Origin: a virus
Lineage: Duplodnaviria; Caudoviricetes
Length of the DNA stretch: 64,000 nt
IMG/VR virus record: IMGVR_UViG_2811995254_000001
Span: 1-64,000 of that record
Reading direction: 5' to 3' (one strand)
Shown here: positions 50,301 through 59,209 of the stretch, piece after piece
How the letters are laid out: each line of letters opens with the position of its first letter
Numbering within the stretch: the stretch's first letter is position 1
Notes under the pieces: model-generated
What the model was told of the DNA's origin: nothing
What the model saw: the letters and a program-made list of their open reading frames with translations, nothing else
Database searches by the model: none
Made by a program: the position numbers and the translations under genes

Positions 50301-52506
50301 GAGTGAATCGAATAGAAAAAAGATAGATAAAGCTGTGGAATATTTAATTAATGAGGAAGGATTATCTAAAAAAGAAGCAGAAACTAGTATATATGAATAC
50401 CTTGACACTATTAAAAAAGGGTTTGATTCAAAGGGATATGCATCATCTAATAATGGAGCTGCCAAAGCACCTTTTTTAAAGAAAAGAAAAGATTTGTCAA
50501 AAGAATTTAGAGAATTACTAGGTGAAGTACAAGAGCCTTTATACAACTATATAAATACTATTTATAGTATGAGTAACTATCTCTCTAGTCTTACATATCA
50601 AGAGAAATTATTAGAAGGGTTAACCAACAGTGGTGTTGGTTCTTATGAATCAATTTCAGGATATACTAAATTATCTTCTAATTCAGAAAATTGGACTGTT
50701 TTATCAGATTTATATGTGCCGAATGAATTTGCTCAAGCATTAAATGATATACAACCTGAAGGAAGAATTAAGGAAGATTGGGCAAGAGTATTAGTAGGAT
50801 TGACGGCTATTGCAAAGGTTGGTAAAACAGTATGGTCTCCAACAACAACAGCCAGAAACGTACTTAGTGGAGTGTTTTTAGGGGTAAATTCAGGTCATTT
50901 AACTTATAATGCAAAATATGTATCTAAGGCATTGAATCAAGCTTTTAGTGCAAAATCAGTGTTTACAGAAGCAAATGCAAAACAATTAAGAGCAGAACTT
51001 ATTGAACAAGGAGTTATAAATGATGGTGTTAATTCTGGAGAGTTAAGAGCAACCTTAAATGATTTTAAAAGAAACATAGATAGATTAGTTAAAACTAATG
51101 CTATAGAAAAATCAGCTGAATCTGTTCAGACGTTATATGCTTTTGGCGATGACTTTTATAAAGTTATAGGTTACCTTACAGAGAAACAAAGATTTGTAAA
51201 GTCAGGTATGAGTGAAACAGAAGCAGCTACTAAAGCAGGTTATAGGATTAGAGGTGGATACCCTACGTATTCTTATCTATCTCCTATGATGAAAAAATTA
51301 CGAAGATTTCCTTTAATGGGGACATTTGTATCTTTTCCATACGAGACTGTGAGAAGTACTAAGAATAATGCCTTGTATGTTTTGGAAGATCTTAGAGACG
51401 GTAGAATATCAATGGCGATGAAAAGATTAGCTGGGATGATTGTTGCTAGTGCATTACCCGCAGTGCTTTCTGTTTATACTAGATCCTTAATTGGTTGGAG
51501 CGATGATGACGAGCAAGCATTAAGAAAGACGCTTCCTGATTGGCAAAGGAATAGTCTATTAATATATTCTGGAATAAAGGACGGGGAACCTTCTTTTTTT
51601 GATGCCACAGCCCTATTCCCATCAGAAGTATGGTTAAAACCTATAATGACAGCTATTGGTCAGAGAAAAGATTATAATTCTGCATTAGAACAGCTTTCTA
51701 TTGGTATGGATGAATTTTTAAGTCCTTACTATGATGCTGATTTAACAGTAAAAATGATGACTGAGCTATATTCTAATAAAAATCAGTATGAACAAAAAAT
51801 ATATGAATCAGATAATTTATTTGAAGCAATATTTAAAGACCCTGTAAAAGTAACTAATCATATAATGAAAGGAGCTGGACCAGGTGTTTATAATAATATT
51901 TCTGAATTTGCTAGAGCTAATGACATTATGCCTGAGTTCTTTGGAGATAAAATAACAAGTTATGGACGTGAATATACTAATGAAGATGCCTTACTTGCTT
52001 TGGCGGGGTTTCGATTTAGTACTATCAACTTTTATTCTTCAATGCTTTATATGGGTTATGATTTAAAAGATGATTCAGCTAAAGTAAGATATGATCTAGC
52101 TAAAAAAGAAAAAAGAAAAAAAGCTTTTAATGAAGAAGAGATTACTGATATTATTTCTGATTATAATAAGGGTTATTCTAAAGTAGAAAAGGATTTAACT
52201 AATATGATTAATACTGCCAGAAAATTAAATATGAGTGAATCTAAAATACAAGACGCTATTTCAACCTCTTTTGCGCTATCTAAATCTGATTATCAATTTT
52301 ATTTGCAAACAGGGAGACTTCCTTTGAAACCAATATCTGAAAAATCATACAATGACTATTTAAATAAAATGGGGAATATTTACAAGGATGAAAGAATCAA
52401 ATCTGATATTAAAACTTTCTTTGAGAAAAATGTAGAAAAAATTAATAGGTCGATCTATAAAGAGAATTTAAAAAAGTTAGAGAAGAAACAGCGCGGGCGC
52501 GGTTAA
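44359..52506 (+). CDS. Large polyvalent ejection protein (MuF-C-like, ParB-like, HExxH metallopeptidase, LPD38-like)
   Basis: LGSPTRIL..AG...HPF...NPLAVF...INDIRSVY; IPTQ...VIDGHHR; TLLHEVYH; LPDWQRN. Confidence 0.8.
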   Translation: MDNKKYSYNGKEYSYSDLQSKYGDKTDQAISKFGFKEVIPEPKYTFNGKEYSRSQLQDKYGDRTDEAISKFGFEQVGSKKKDISASSTPQQSLESNSGNGSSVSQNNKVINQSNSKITKLAQDTESAKVVSNEKIKEITQSVDDEINQVGIINNTKAYAKKGFNKLIDGILTITPLHDSERVAFKNRFGLEESPLSDELKEIKKQEQDEIILAKKENRPARTLTDEERISKARQLKIDKRIKSESDSQVRAFMKDAENNIDEYGVSDKDKLLIYNKSKEQSISYKDKDLLKRADLFSKVVLNTENEIKEVRDSFRNGKMTKDEAQSKLDFLNRRRNNSIAEGIRNLEEFNSKDDELGTVKDNIDLLKRNYNWITNITRSVDAGVDKMASGIIDSGRWLNEIVGQDQYSADNIMFMSMSNDFKKSYQAKTESLMKPISVDDIDFDSEHLLSDFGSYASTLLGQQLPIMAAVLTGAPGIASLGFSSAGEKYDEMIMEEAKGEENYSHTQKTFAPLGYGLSETGSALIDRMIMMNTSRVIRAATSLEKKEIAKGFAKNVFIKPTLHTLKSTAIEGLEEGATEIAQNLIDIYFLDKKDVDVYDNVKDAVVAGGLMGGAMSSPALVFSPYGSIRNSIERFSTEQNLRQAQNIVFKLSEALNSDNISETEFGIIKDQFDKATIKTIDIAKTEASKIAQLSNDEFNAINEIERGKKEIKSKAQEILDGELSQELKDEVLKGLKDEYSTLENQRIGILNRDSNALLNLLPQEEVIRLKDEASRELMQEKNPDGTKNITIEDKEISERALENYIKQSLPNETVQTEDIVDDGNIRPSNEQLDSVQGEFENGKKGDNQTQEIQYTETAERPQVIKASDNGREYTISNEEGRIVFKDRDGNTPSKRTSNRLALEYAKQTNLTEGKRAHEVEGVIDSSELANMTVKEANKFIAEKSESPIEIAETILGNEIEDYRNGVDYKQKVIAENLGHVSRESFIQNSDEVHAKEGGSIPIQYLRKDGTPLDTKAKELSEIAGIEITEQDIVDFILENPTGSQTFLNNGFHSDINSLKARFEELTGLPATNEVIQEIVNQNERKLQLQEQMTSIDFMSDEELLHLLNQREQYEQETANASTKGVREIADSKNNEGESRVQQDGSRENQGTESSGSREAEGERVNLPKSTFNKLVQTFQKFFGAGNVHSDSNKLAKVLGQDPNSVFFQKQWEGINDTFNSELEQLQKGTLPKGHIFQLGSPTRILQAAGIPNLPIELAASRLKDKSKQDNHPFELSDIKDLAIAVQNPLAVFDSSTQLGSFVVLTELTHNGKNFIAAIEANKKKELIEINDIRSVYPRNNMQIVSAINDNLTRYADKQKMREWFSKQRFNSAEVKGLFSRASNLVQKFENPKVNDVDFQVDYKKLASDNKYTQPKVPTQNIFFNDVEVLNRETENMVGKLVDEGKNVSVQSVDVVNIIPTQKNVNINNLKEVQDVRDRPLLFKQGDKYYVIDGHHRISNEILEGEKKVEADVYDADVQFMQTPDGTIWGATFLNEQGQREIYINESALSPETLLHEVYHPFDDMMKQASENSDVHALVAIGRLDKLAKENGYLEAVQSNPNYANKPLEQQQAEARVQMIGEIGNKQLDKSFYEKLEAAVIDAIEWLAKQFGVSLKNYSPEQIINLKLEDIVKASLASAQKGEFETKNTSPVKIKDNIMSELESGKINIDDAISRESEILSNYNDVYGKDSNQVSEQKKVVESLKQFKSESSKPRVQFSISSKVKDSFDKLNNKINKSIGRDLTLSLESSTKANNEVISKVKRLWNNTFKSSAGLSSFNKQNVDFFEIIKGLERSESSVIDGLKYETKQFKLILSKIGNKDTLKVKNAKLRLVNDYMSGMDVDLSFLDAETISQIDFFRSRIDNLSNNIIGVLLNKASKLEDSLSKQKENSLTSDRIKESIINVYKVIEKIEDNKGKYITRSYQAFLDNKYIDRLTVSRSNMSESNRKKIDKAVEYLINEEGLSKKEAETSIYEYLDTIKKGFDSKGYASSNNGAAKAPFLKKRKDLSKEFRELLGEVQEPLYNYINTIYSMSNYLSSLTYQEKLLEGLTNSGVGSYESISGYTKLSSNSENWTVLSDLYVPNEFAQALNDIQPEGRIKEDWARVLVGLTAIAKVGKTVWSPTTTARNVLSGVFLGVNSGHLTYNAKYVSKALNQAFSAKSVFTEANAKQLRAELIEQGVINDGVNSGELRATLNDFKRNIDRLVKTNAIEKSAESVQTLYAFGDDFYKVIGYLTEKQRFVKSGMSETEAATKAGYRIRGGYPTYSYLSPMMKKLRRFPLMGTFVSFPYETVRSTKNNALYVLEDLRDGRISMAMKRLAGMIVASALPAVLSVYTRSLIGWSDDDEQALRKTLPDWQRNSLLIYSGIKDGEPSFFDATALFPSEVWLKPIMTAIGQRKDYNSALEQLSIGMDEFLSPYYDADLTVKMMTELYSNKNQYEQKIYESDNLFEAIFKDPVKVTNHIMKGAGPGVYNNISEFARANDIMPEFFGDKITSYGREYTNEDALLALAGFRFSTINFYSSMLYMGYDLKDDSAKVRYDLAKKEKRKKAFNEEEITDIISDYNKGYSKVEKDLTNMINTARKLNMSESKIQDAISTSFALSKSDYQFYLQTGRLPLKPISEKSYNDYLNKMGNIYKDERIKSDIKTFFEKNVEKINRSIYKENLKKLEKKQRGRG

Positions 52507-52802
52507 CAACGAAGTATGGTTTGAATATGAGAAGTTGGTGAAGTAATAATTAACTTTTGAATTATAAAATACTCAATACAAGCAAATTACACAACTACAA
52601 CATGCATAAATAACAATAATTAACTATATTTTATCATAATATAACAAAAATGCATGATTACTTTTCTTTAAATAAAGAAAAAACAAATGCAGTTTTAAAT
52701 AATTAATTTTATCATAAAAATAAATATTTATATGATAAAACAATTGCTTTTAAATACCATTTTTTAATAGTTTTGGTAATTATTAATATTTAAAATGAAA
52801 AA

Positions 52803-53855
52803 ATGAAAAAAATTACACTTTTAGCTTTATCAATTTGGTTTCTAGGAGCTTCATGTGAAAAAAGTGACAATGTTGAAAAGTTAACTTTCAGTCAATCTAA
52901 TGAAATAAGTAATTCTGAAAGTGACTACCAAAATATTAAAAAACAGATATATAATGATTTAGAGAGTAATTGGTCTAAAAATTTAGACGAAAATGAAAAA
53001 TATTTTATTGAAGCTCTAAATACAAATGAAGATTTTATTAGAACAAAAACTATCAATGAAGATAAATTGATAACAGTTGATATAAAATTTAAGTTTGATT
53101 ACTCAGATGAAGCGATTTCATTATTGTCAGGTTTATATAGTGCTATTTACAATGCACCTGTATACGAATTGAAAAATATTTTTAATAATCAAAAAAATAT
53201 TTTAGTAAAAAATGAAAAACTAACACAAAAAGATTTTGATGTACTATACCCTATATATGCTTCTTTAGAGGCTAATATAGAATTTATTGAGAAAGAATAT
53301 CAAAATCTAACTAATAAATCAGAAAGATCATCTATTATCAAAACTCCTTTATTTCAACAAAGACAAGGAGGACAATCTTGGTTAGACTGTATGGCAGGTG
53401 AAGGTAAGAACATTAGTAGAGGATTAGTTGATGGTGCCATTAGTGGTGCCATTGGAGGTGCTATTAGTGGTGCAGCTGGAGGTACTGTTGTAATACCAGG
53501 AGTAGGTACAGCAACAGGGGCTGTTGGTGGTGGTGTATTTGGAGGAGCAATAGGTGCAGGTACAGGAATGTTAAATGCATTTATATGGTCAAGCGTAGAC
53601 TGTTTTACAAAGACTCAAGGAGGAAGTCAAAGCTCTGGTGGTTGTGCAATAACAGTTCCTATTGATCCTAAGGATCCAAGATTTAGAGGGATAAACCGTA
53701 TGATAGTTATAAAGAGCAAAAGCATGTCTTTTAAGCAAAATAATATGCAGAGTTCACTTGAGGATGAATATTTTGAAGCTATTAACAAAAATTTACCTCA
53801 ATTAATGGAAACCTCCCTTAATAGTGTTGTTACAATTAAATTAAATAATAAATGA
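52803..53855 (+). CDS. Lipoprotein with glycine-zipper bacteriocin-like segment
   Basis: GASC lipobox; QGG-QSWLDC...GAISGAIGGAISGAAGG...PGVG...DCF. Confidence 0.75.
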   Translation: MKKITLLALSIWFLGASCEKSDNVEKLTFSQSNEISNSESDYQNIKKQIYNDLESNWSKNLDENEKYFIEALNTNEDFIRTKTINEDKLITVDIKFKFDYSDEAISLLSGLYSAIYNAPVYELKNIFNNQKNILVKNEKLTQKDFDVLYPIYASLEANIEFIEKEYQNLTNKSERSSIIKTPLFQQRQGGQSWLDCMAGEGKNISRGLVDGAISGAIGGAISGAAGGTVVIPGVGTATGAVGGGVFGGAIGAGTGMLNAFIWSSVDCFTKTQGGSQSSGGCAITVPIDPKDPRFRGINRMIVIKSKSMSFKQNNMQSSLEDEYFEAINKNLPQLMETSLNSVVTIKLNNK

Positions 53856-54043
53856 AAAAAACAACCATACTTATTATTGGCACACTTGTATTTGTTTTTA
53901 TGACTTATTTTAAGCGTAGTTTAGAATATTTAATATCTGTAAAAGATTGTTTTTATAAGGATTACATGTTTTACGTAGCTTTATTAATAGCTTTTTTATG
54001 CAGTTTTATTTTTACAAGATTTATAAAATTTGAAAATAAATAA
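53852..54043 (+). CDS. Small two-TM protein, possible immunity protein
   Basis: Immediately follows/overlaps the end of 52803-53855; terminator at 54069-54093. Confidence 0.6.
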   Translation: MKKTTILIIGTLVFVFMTYFKRSLEYLISVKDCFYKDYMFYVALLIAFLCSFIFTRFIKFENK

Positions 54044-54101
54044 GTATTAATATATTATACTTAAATAGAAAAGCCCCTTAATTGGGGCTTTTCTTGTTTT
54101 A

Positions 54102-54314
54102 TTACTTTTTAGGTAAATAATGCTTTATCATTGGAAGTACTGCTTTATGTAACATTCTCTCAATAACGTAAAGCCCATATATATTAATATAAGGGTTTGT
54201 TAAATTTTCAATTAAAATAGTTAGAGAATATAACCAAGCAGCTAATAACGATAAAACGATTGTTGCTTTCAAAATAGAATCCAGAATTTTAGATTCCGTT
54301 TTATTAGATTCCAT
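54102..54314 (-). CDS. Small membrane protein
   Basis: TM helix. Confidence 0.5.
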   Translation of the reverse strand: MESNKTESKILDSILKATIVLSLLAAWLYSLTILIENLTNPYINIYGLYVIERMLHKAVLPMIKHYLPKK

Positions 54315-54440
54315 TAAATTTTTAGGGCTTAGTACCTTTTAGTAGGCGAAATATAATAGCCAATTTGACTAAAGCAAATATAACTAATTACAGTATAATT
54401 TCAGAATAAATACTATTTTTAGTAATTAATAAAAATCAAC

Positions 54441-54962
54441 ATGTTGACCATGAAAACTGAAACAATTTTATCGCTATTTGCCTTAGGTGTTTCTATAACC
54501 ACGCTTATTGTAACTTATATTCAAAATAGGAGATCTAGAATATCTCAGATACAAACGGCAAAGTTGGAAGAGCTTTTAGAATGTATTTACGAGCTTTCTA
54601 AATTCTACAAGACTTTTAAACAACTCGAATCCGAAGTTGAAAGAGTAAAAACTGGTGGCTATGATAGACAAGAATATTTTAAAACTTACTACCATGAATT
54701 TCTTCAAAAAAGAATGGATAAAATAGATCGTCTATTATCTAGAATTGAAGTACTTTATAAAGCATACACAGATAAATACACTAGAAATGAAGTTGAAAAA
54801 TATTTTAAAATGATGGAGTGTTTTTATATGTATGTTTTAAATACAGGAGATTTGTACAAAACTAAATATTATCCTAATGGGTTTCCTACTTATGAAGAAT
54901 TCAATACTATAATTACAAGTATTGAAAGGGATATATTAATGGATATCAATAAGTATAAATAA
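54441..54962 (+). CDS. Moron: N-terminal TM helical protein
   Basis: ORF followed by terminator 54964-54986. Confidence 0.7.
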   Translation: MLTMKTETILSLFALGVSITTLIVTYIQNRRSRISQIQTAKLEELLECIYELSKFYKTFKQLESEVERVKTGGYDRQEYFKTYYHEFLQKRMDKIDRLLSRIEVLYKAYTDKYTRNEVEKYFKMMECFYMYVLNTGDLYKTKYYPNGFPTYEEFNTIITSIERDILMDINKYK

Positions 54963-54990
54963 CAAAAGCCCCAATAAAGGGGCTTGTTGT

Positions 54991-56046
54991 TTATTTAGTC
55001 TCTTTGTTATAGTATAGAAGATAATAATACATCTGTCTTTCTTCATCCCATCCACGCTCAATAAATTTATCCGCGCTTTCAGGATTCACAAAATCAAGTT
55101 TGATTGTGATGTTTGTATCCAGGTTGATCACATTTTTAAATTTCTTGCGCGCTTCGGTTACAGCCTTGTTTGAAATTGGAAAGGAGCTAACATCTTCGAT
55201 ACTGTACTTCTCCCCTTTGTCTACTTTGTAGTTTTTGAACTCGGAAATTAGGTCGGGGTTATCGAGTACTTCGTTTAAGAAATTCGTTTCTTCGAAATCA
55301 TCGTTCTTTGCGAAGTAATCTACTGAGCGATTCAAAAACATTACTTCTTCTTTTTTATCTTCAGCCGGAAGGACCACTTCTTTCGCGAAGTCTTGGCAGA
55401 ATTTCAAATACTTTTTGGTGTGGAAGTTTTCATCTTCAAAAATATCTAGTCCAAGGAAGTGTTCTAACCAATAACGCGCATCGTAACGATTGCTGTCGAT
55501 TGTCAAGATTTTGTAACCTTCTTCTTTTTTGTAATTGAAGATTAGAACTCCTTTATCCAGCTTGCCTAGGTTTACCCCCTGCTCTAGTCGCATCTTTAGG
55601 TTTGATTCTTCCTTGTCGAATTGGATAAAATCAGTTTTGATTTCACTTTTAAAGATACCGATTGCATCAACTATATTGTTGTCGATTGATACATTGGTTA
55701 GGTAAGTAACATAAAGCTCTCCACTTTTGATATGAGGGTGTCCAGATTGATCATAAAGATGGCGAGCGATTTCTTTTGATTTATCATGAGCCGAATTAGG
55801 ATTTTGGAAAATGCTCGTTGCGATATTATACATGGTGTGAAATTCTAAATCAACATCATGTTCAAATCGGAAATAGTCTTCGTCTTTCTCTCGGAACGGT
55901 TTAAAGAAATACTCTTTAAGTAAAGGCGCGATTTCGTCTGTTAATGTATAAGGGTTCTCAGTTAAGAAAACGTCCTCGTTTCTTGCTTTGTTGTTTACTT
56001 GGTGTACAGATAATGTTTCAATCTGCGTGTTGAATAAATTAATCAT
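54991..56046 (-). CDS. Nucleoid-associated protein (YejK/NA37-like)
   Basis: HPHIKSGELYV, AIGIFKSE, KLDKGVLIFN, YWLEHFL. Confidence 0.85.
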   Translation of the reverse strand: MINLFNTQIETLSVHQVNNKARNEDVFLTENPYTLTDEIAPLLKEYFFKPFREKDEDYFRFEHDVDLEFHTMYNIATSIFQNPNSAHDKSKEIARHLYDQSGHPHIKSGELYVTYLTNVSIDNNIVDAIGIFKSEIKTDFIQFDKEESNLKMRLEQGVNLGKLDKGVLIFNYKKEEGYKILTIDSNRYDARYWLEHFLGLDIFEDENFHTKKYLKFCQDFAKEVVLPAEDKKEEVMFLNRSVDYFAKNDDFEETNFLNEVLDNPDLISEFKNYKVDKGEKYSIEDVSSFPISNKAVTEARKKFKNVINLDTNITIKLDFVNPESADKFIERGWDEERQMYYYLLYYNKETK

Positions 56047-56232
56047 TGTGGTAAATTTTTAATAGGGTTTGTAATTATTTCTTTTTGATTATTATTTCTA
56101 CTGTTCTTTTTTTGAATCCATAGAAATAAGTTACATGTTCGTATGTTGGCTCCCCTGCTAACTTGATAATACCCCAAGTCAACATTCTGATTATTCTTAA
56201 TGTGATGCATACTCTCATAACTACTCTTGTTT

Positions 56233-56487
56233 TTAATTTAGAATCCTTTTTTTAAACGTAACTTCCACATCAATACATTCGTTGTCTAATTGAAATAAAG
56301 AAGTGATTACGATATTTTTTAAATCTAATTCATTCCAACCTTTAGGTAGATTAACTGTAGCTTGTATTCTTTCACCTTTCTTATCAGTTAATATCATATC
56401 TAAAGTGTATGTTTCACCCATCTTAAAATCATTGGGAACGGAATAACAAATATTTGTATTTCCTATTTTTTCATTTATTTTTTGCAT
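56233..56487 (-). CDS. Hypothetical protein
   Basis: ORF. Confidence 0.6.
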   Translation of the reverse strand: MQKINEKIGNTNICYSVPNDFKMGETYTLDMILTDKKGERIQATVNLPKGWNELDLKNIVITSLFQLDNECIDVEVTFKKRILN

Positions 56488-56489
56488 AT

Positions 56490-56888
56490 CTACTCTTGAT
56501 TTTCGTGGATGTTTCCAACTATTTCTATTTCATCAAACCTTTTACTAAAACTATTGAACTCAGGATCTACATCAATAATCTTGTCTATATTAAATTCTCG
56601 TATCAAAACAGTTATAAATCCTGATGATTTTTCATCAAAAACAACTTGCCAATAATCAACAAATTCAGGATGTTTTTTACTAAAATGTCTAATTCCTATA
56701 TCTCCTTCAAAAATCTTTGTTCCGTTTTTGTCATCTTTGCTTATGTATTGTTCATAAGTGATTTTATTTTCTCCTTCGATACAATGTTCACAAAAATGAA
56801 AGAATTCAGATAGGCTTTTATAATTTTCAGAATAGTAATAACATGCATTAAAATGATCATAAGCTCTAAATAACATTTCTCTACTCAT
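56490..56888 (-). CDS. YopX-family protein
   Basis: FRAYD...DKNGTKIFEGDI...EIVGNIHEN. Confidence 0.88.
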   Translation of the reverse strand: MSREMLFRAYDHFNACYYYSENYKSLSEFFHFCEHCIEGENKITYEQYISKDDKNGTKIFEGDIGIRHFSKKHPEFVDYWQVVFDEKSSGFITVLIREFNIDKIIDVDPEFNSFSKRFDEIEIVGNIHENQE

Positions 56889-57190
56889 CTTGTTTCTTTT
56901 TTAAGTTCGTGTTTAGAACAATTTTTTCTAATAAAATCAAAGTCTTTGTGTGCAGGTACTCCAAGTCCTGAATGTTCGCAATTATTAGTTTTCCAAGTCT
57001 CTAAAAATTGTGGTTCGTCTTCCATTCCATTACTATCGTTAACTATACATTGATTAACACAAGTAAGGCAAGTTTTAAATTTTGGATTCTTCCAACATTT
57101 ACAATTTTCATCATGTGTCATAGCTTGGTGTTTTTTCCAAAATCCACGTCCACAATCAGAATAATATCGTATTACTTTTTTAGAGTACAT
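56885..57190 (-). CDS. Cys-rich putative zinc-binding protein
   Basis: CGR...H...CKC...CLTC...C...C. Confidence 0.7.
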   Translation of the reverse strand: MYSKKVIRYYSDCGRGFWKKHQAMTHDENCKCWKNPKFKTCLTCVNQCIVNDSNGMEDEPQFLETWKTNNCEHSGLGVPAHKDFDFIRKNCSKHELKKETR

Positions 57191-57192
57191 TG

Positions 57193-57744
57193 CTATTCCT
57201 TTTTATAAAACGCGACTAATACAATGCGCTTTCCGTTATGAATTTTTGCAGGGAACTTGCTGTGAAACAAGTTTGATTTGTAAGTAACTAAGCGATTCGG
57301 CTCGCTGAAAAGTATTTGCTGAATACTCCATTTCTCCCAATCGTTCGCGTCTTCTGTAATCAGCCTATCAAACTCTTCGTTTGTAACATCTTCAGGAAGC
57401 TCTTCTCCGTGAATGTGATGCTTCCAAAATGCGGTGCCGTTCTCCGTAGTTCCGTCTTTTGGGTTGATGTATAATACCTTGGCAAGTGCTGTTTTTTCGC
57501 CTTGGATGATGTTGTCTGCATGAATTCTGAGGTCAGTATCAAATTTGGACGTTGCTTGCCTAATGAATGTTGTAATTAATTCGTATCCTTCCGTTTGTAA
57601 ATAAGGGAGGATTTTAATTGGAGTTTCCAAAATATCGAACTCCTTCTCGCCTAGTTTGATTCGTTGAAAATCTGTGTTTAGGCAATAGTTTTGCAGCTCC
57701 TCAAATAACGCTTGAGGAAGAAAATTGTCTTCGGTATGTTTCAT
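57193..57744 (-). CDS. 2OG-Fe(II) oxygenase-like protein (DUF6445-like)
   Basis: IHAD...GTAFW...PNRLVTY...LFHS...R. Confidence 0.8.
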   Translation of the reverse strand: MKHTEDNFLPQALFEELQNYCLNTDFQRIKLGEKEFDILETPIKILPYLQTEGYELITTFIRQATSKFDTDLRIHADNIIQGEKTALAKVLYINPKDGTTENGTAFWKHHIHGEELPEDVTNEEFDRLITEDANDWEKWSIQQILFSEPNRLVTYKSNLFHSKFPAKIHNGKRIVLVAFYKKE

Positions 57745-57830
57745 AGTATGTGGTTTAAGAAAAGATGTAATTCAGTACGATGATTGCAGTAACTAAAGCA
57801 ATCAATAGAGCCGTTTCTAAGGATGGATAT

Positions 57831-58250
57831 TTAGTTTTTGGTTTCATCATCAATGCTTTTAAAAAAAATTCTCTTTTGTTCTATAGTATTTTTAAAATGA
57901 AACAATTGGTTCTGATTCATGATTTTAAGTAAGACAGATTTTCCACCGCTCAATTTGCCTGATTTTATTGTTGGTTTATGACTTAGGTATTTTTTATAAT
58001 TTTCTGATTTATGTTTTAAATTAAAAATCAATTCATTTTCTCCATCATACCTATTATCAACACTTCTAATAGGTTTGAATACGTCTTTTAATACTAATAC
58101 CTTGATTAGAGTATTTCTCTTTATGATTTCTTCCTGAGATTTAGTGCTAAAAATTTCTTTAGCATAGGCAGGAGAAATTCCTTGTATATAAGCTAGTTCT
58201 AAATAGTTTAGCTCAATTTCTAATATTTGCTCTATATTCATTTTAAACAA
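57831..58250 (-). CDS. Hypothetical protein
   Basis: ORF. Confidence 0.6.
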   Translation of the reverse strand: MFKMNIEQILEIELNYLELAYIQGISPAYAKEIFSTKSQEEIIKRNTLIKVLVLKDVFKPIRSVDNRYDGENELIFNLKHKSENYKKYLSHKPTIKSGKLSGGKSVLLKIMNQNQLFHFKNTIEQKRIFFKSIDDETKN

Positions 58251-58306
58251 TAGTTTAGTAGTCCATGGTGTTGGACTATAGATTTTACAATAAGTTTTCT
58301 TGGTTT

Positions 58307-59209
58307 TTATTTAAGCCAATCCTCGATTGATTTGTTTTCGTTGATTCGCTTTTGGAATACTCCCTCTAAGATAATTTGCTGGAGTTTTAACTCTATTTTC
58401 TCGTGTTCACTTTGCTGTACCTGGGCGAGTATTTGGTGTAAAACGGCTTTACTCTGAACGCGATCAGGATTTAAAATTTCGTTTTGAATTTCTTTTTCGA
58501 CCAATTCCTGAGCTGATCGTCTTTTTTCAGAATACCATTCTTTGAGTTTAGGCGATGATTTTTCATTCGGGTAAGGGATAACTCCTCTTTCGACTAATTC
58601 TTGAAATACGTGACTAAAAGGCGGTAAAAAAGCCTGATTTGATTTATATTCTTCAAACAGTCTTTCGATAGCTTGGTTCATAATCTCCGTTTTCTGACTT
58701 TCTGAAACGGCAGGCAGTTGGTTTTGAATAGTAATTACACTTTCACGAGTAATGTTGTGTTTTTGCTTTAATTCAAGCTTCCAAGCTTCGTATTTTTGAA
58801 GTATTTCAGCAGCGTATCCCGTATCGAAAAGTTGATAGTGTTCAGTTTTACTTTCATACATCCGCATTCGCTCTAGTTCAAAAGCTTTGTAAATTTCTTC
58901 TGGTGTCAGGTGAGCATAAGCCATCATGAACATTCTCATGATTTCACTCATGGTCAGCTGATCAGTTTTTTCTTTCATTCCACTTAACGCAATTGATTTG
59001 GTCAAAACTTGAGTTAACACCATGGACAGCGTTTCGTCATCCAAGCGTTCCCGAATCGTTTTGCTTAGGTAAGTTTTTTTCACAAAACTAATTGGTGTCG
59101 TTAAGCATCTGTTTTCTAACTCGTTCAGCTGCTTCGTAACCAACATTGGCGTTGTGTTGGATTGTGTCGATTGATTGGCGACCGACAAACCTTTCTTGCT
59201 GTTGTCCAT
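58307..59209 (-). CDS. Replication-associated protein (possible helicase loader)
   Basis: Overlaps the 3' end of the initiator; YAHLTPEEIYKAFE. Confidence 0.6.
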   Translation of the reverse strand: MDNSKKGLSVANQSTQSNTTPMLVTKQLNELENRCLTTPISFVKKTYLSKTIRERLDDETLSMVLTQVLTKSIALSGMKEKTDQLTMSEIMRMFMMAYAHLTPEEIYKAFELERMRMYESKTEHYQLFDTGYAAEILQKYEAWKLELKQKHNITRESVITIQNQLPAVSESQKTEIMNQAIERLFEEYKSNQAFLPPFSHVFQELVERGVIPYPNEKSSPKLKEWYSEKRRSAQELVEKEIQNEILNPDRVQSKAVLHQILAQVQQSEHEKIELKLQQIILEGVFQKRINENKSIEDWLK

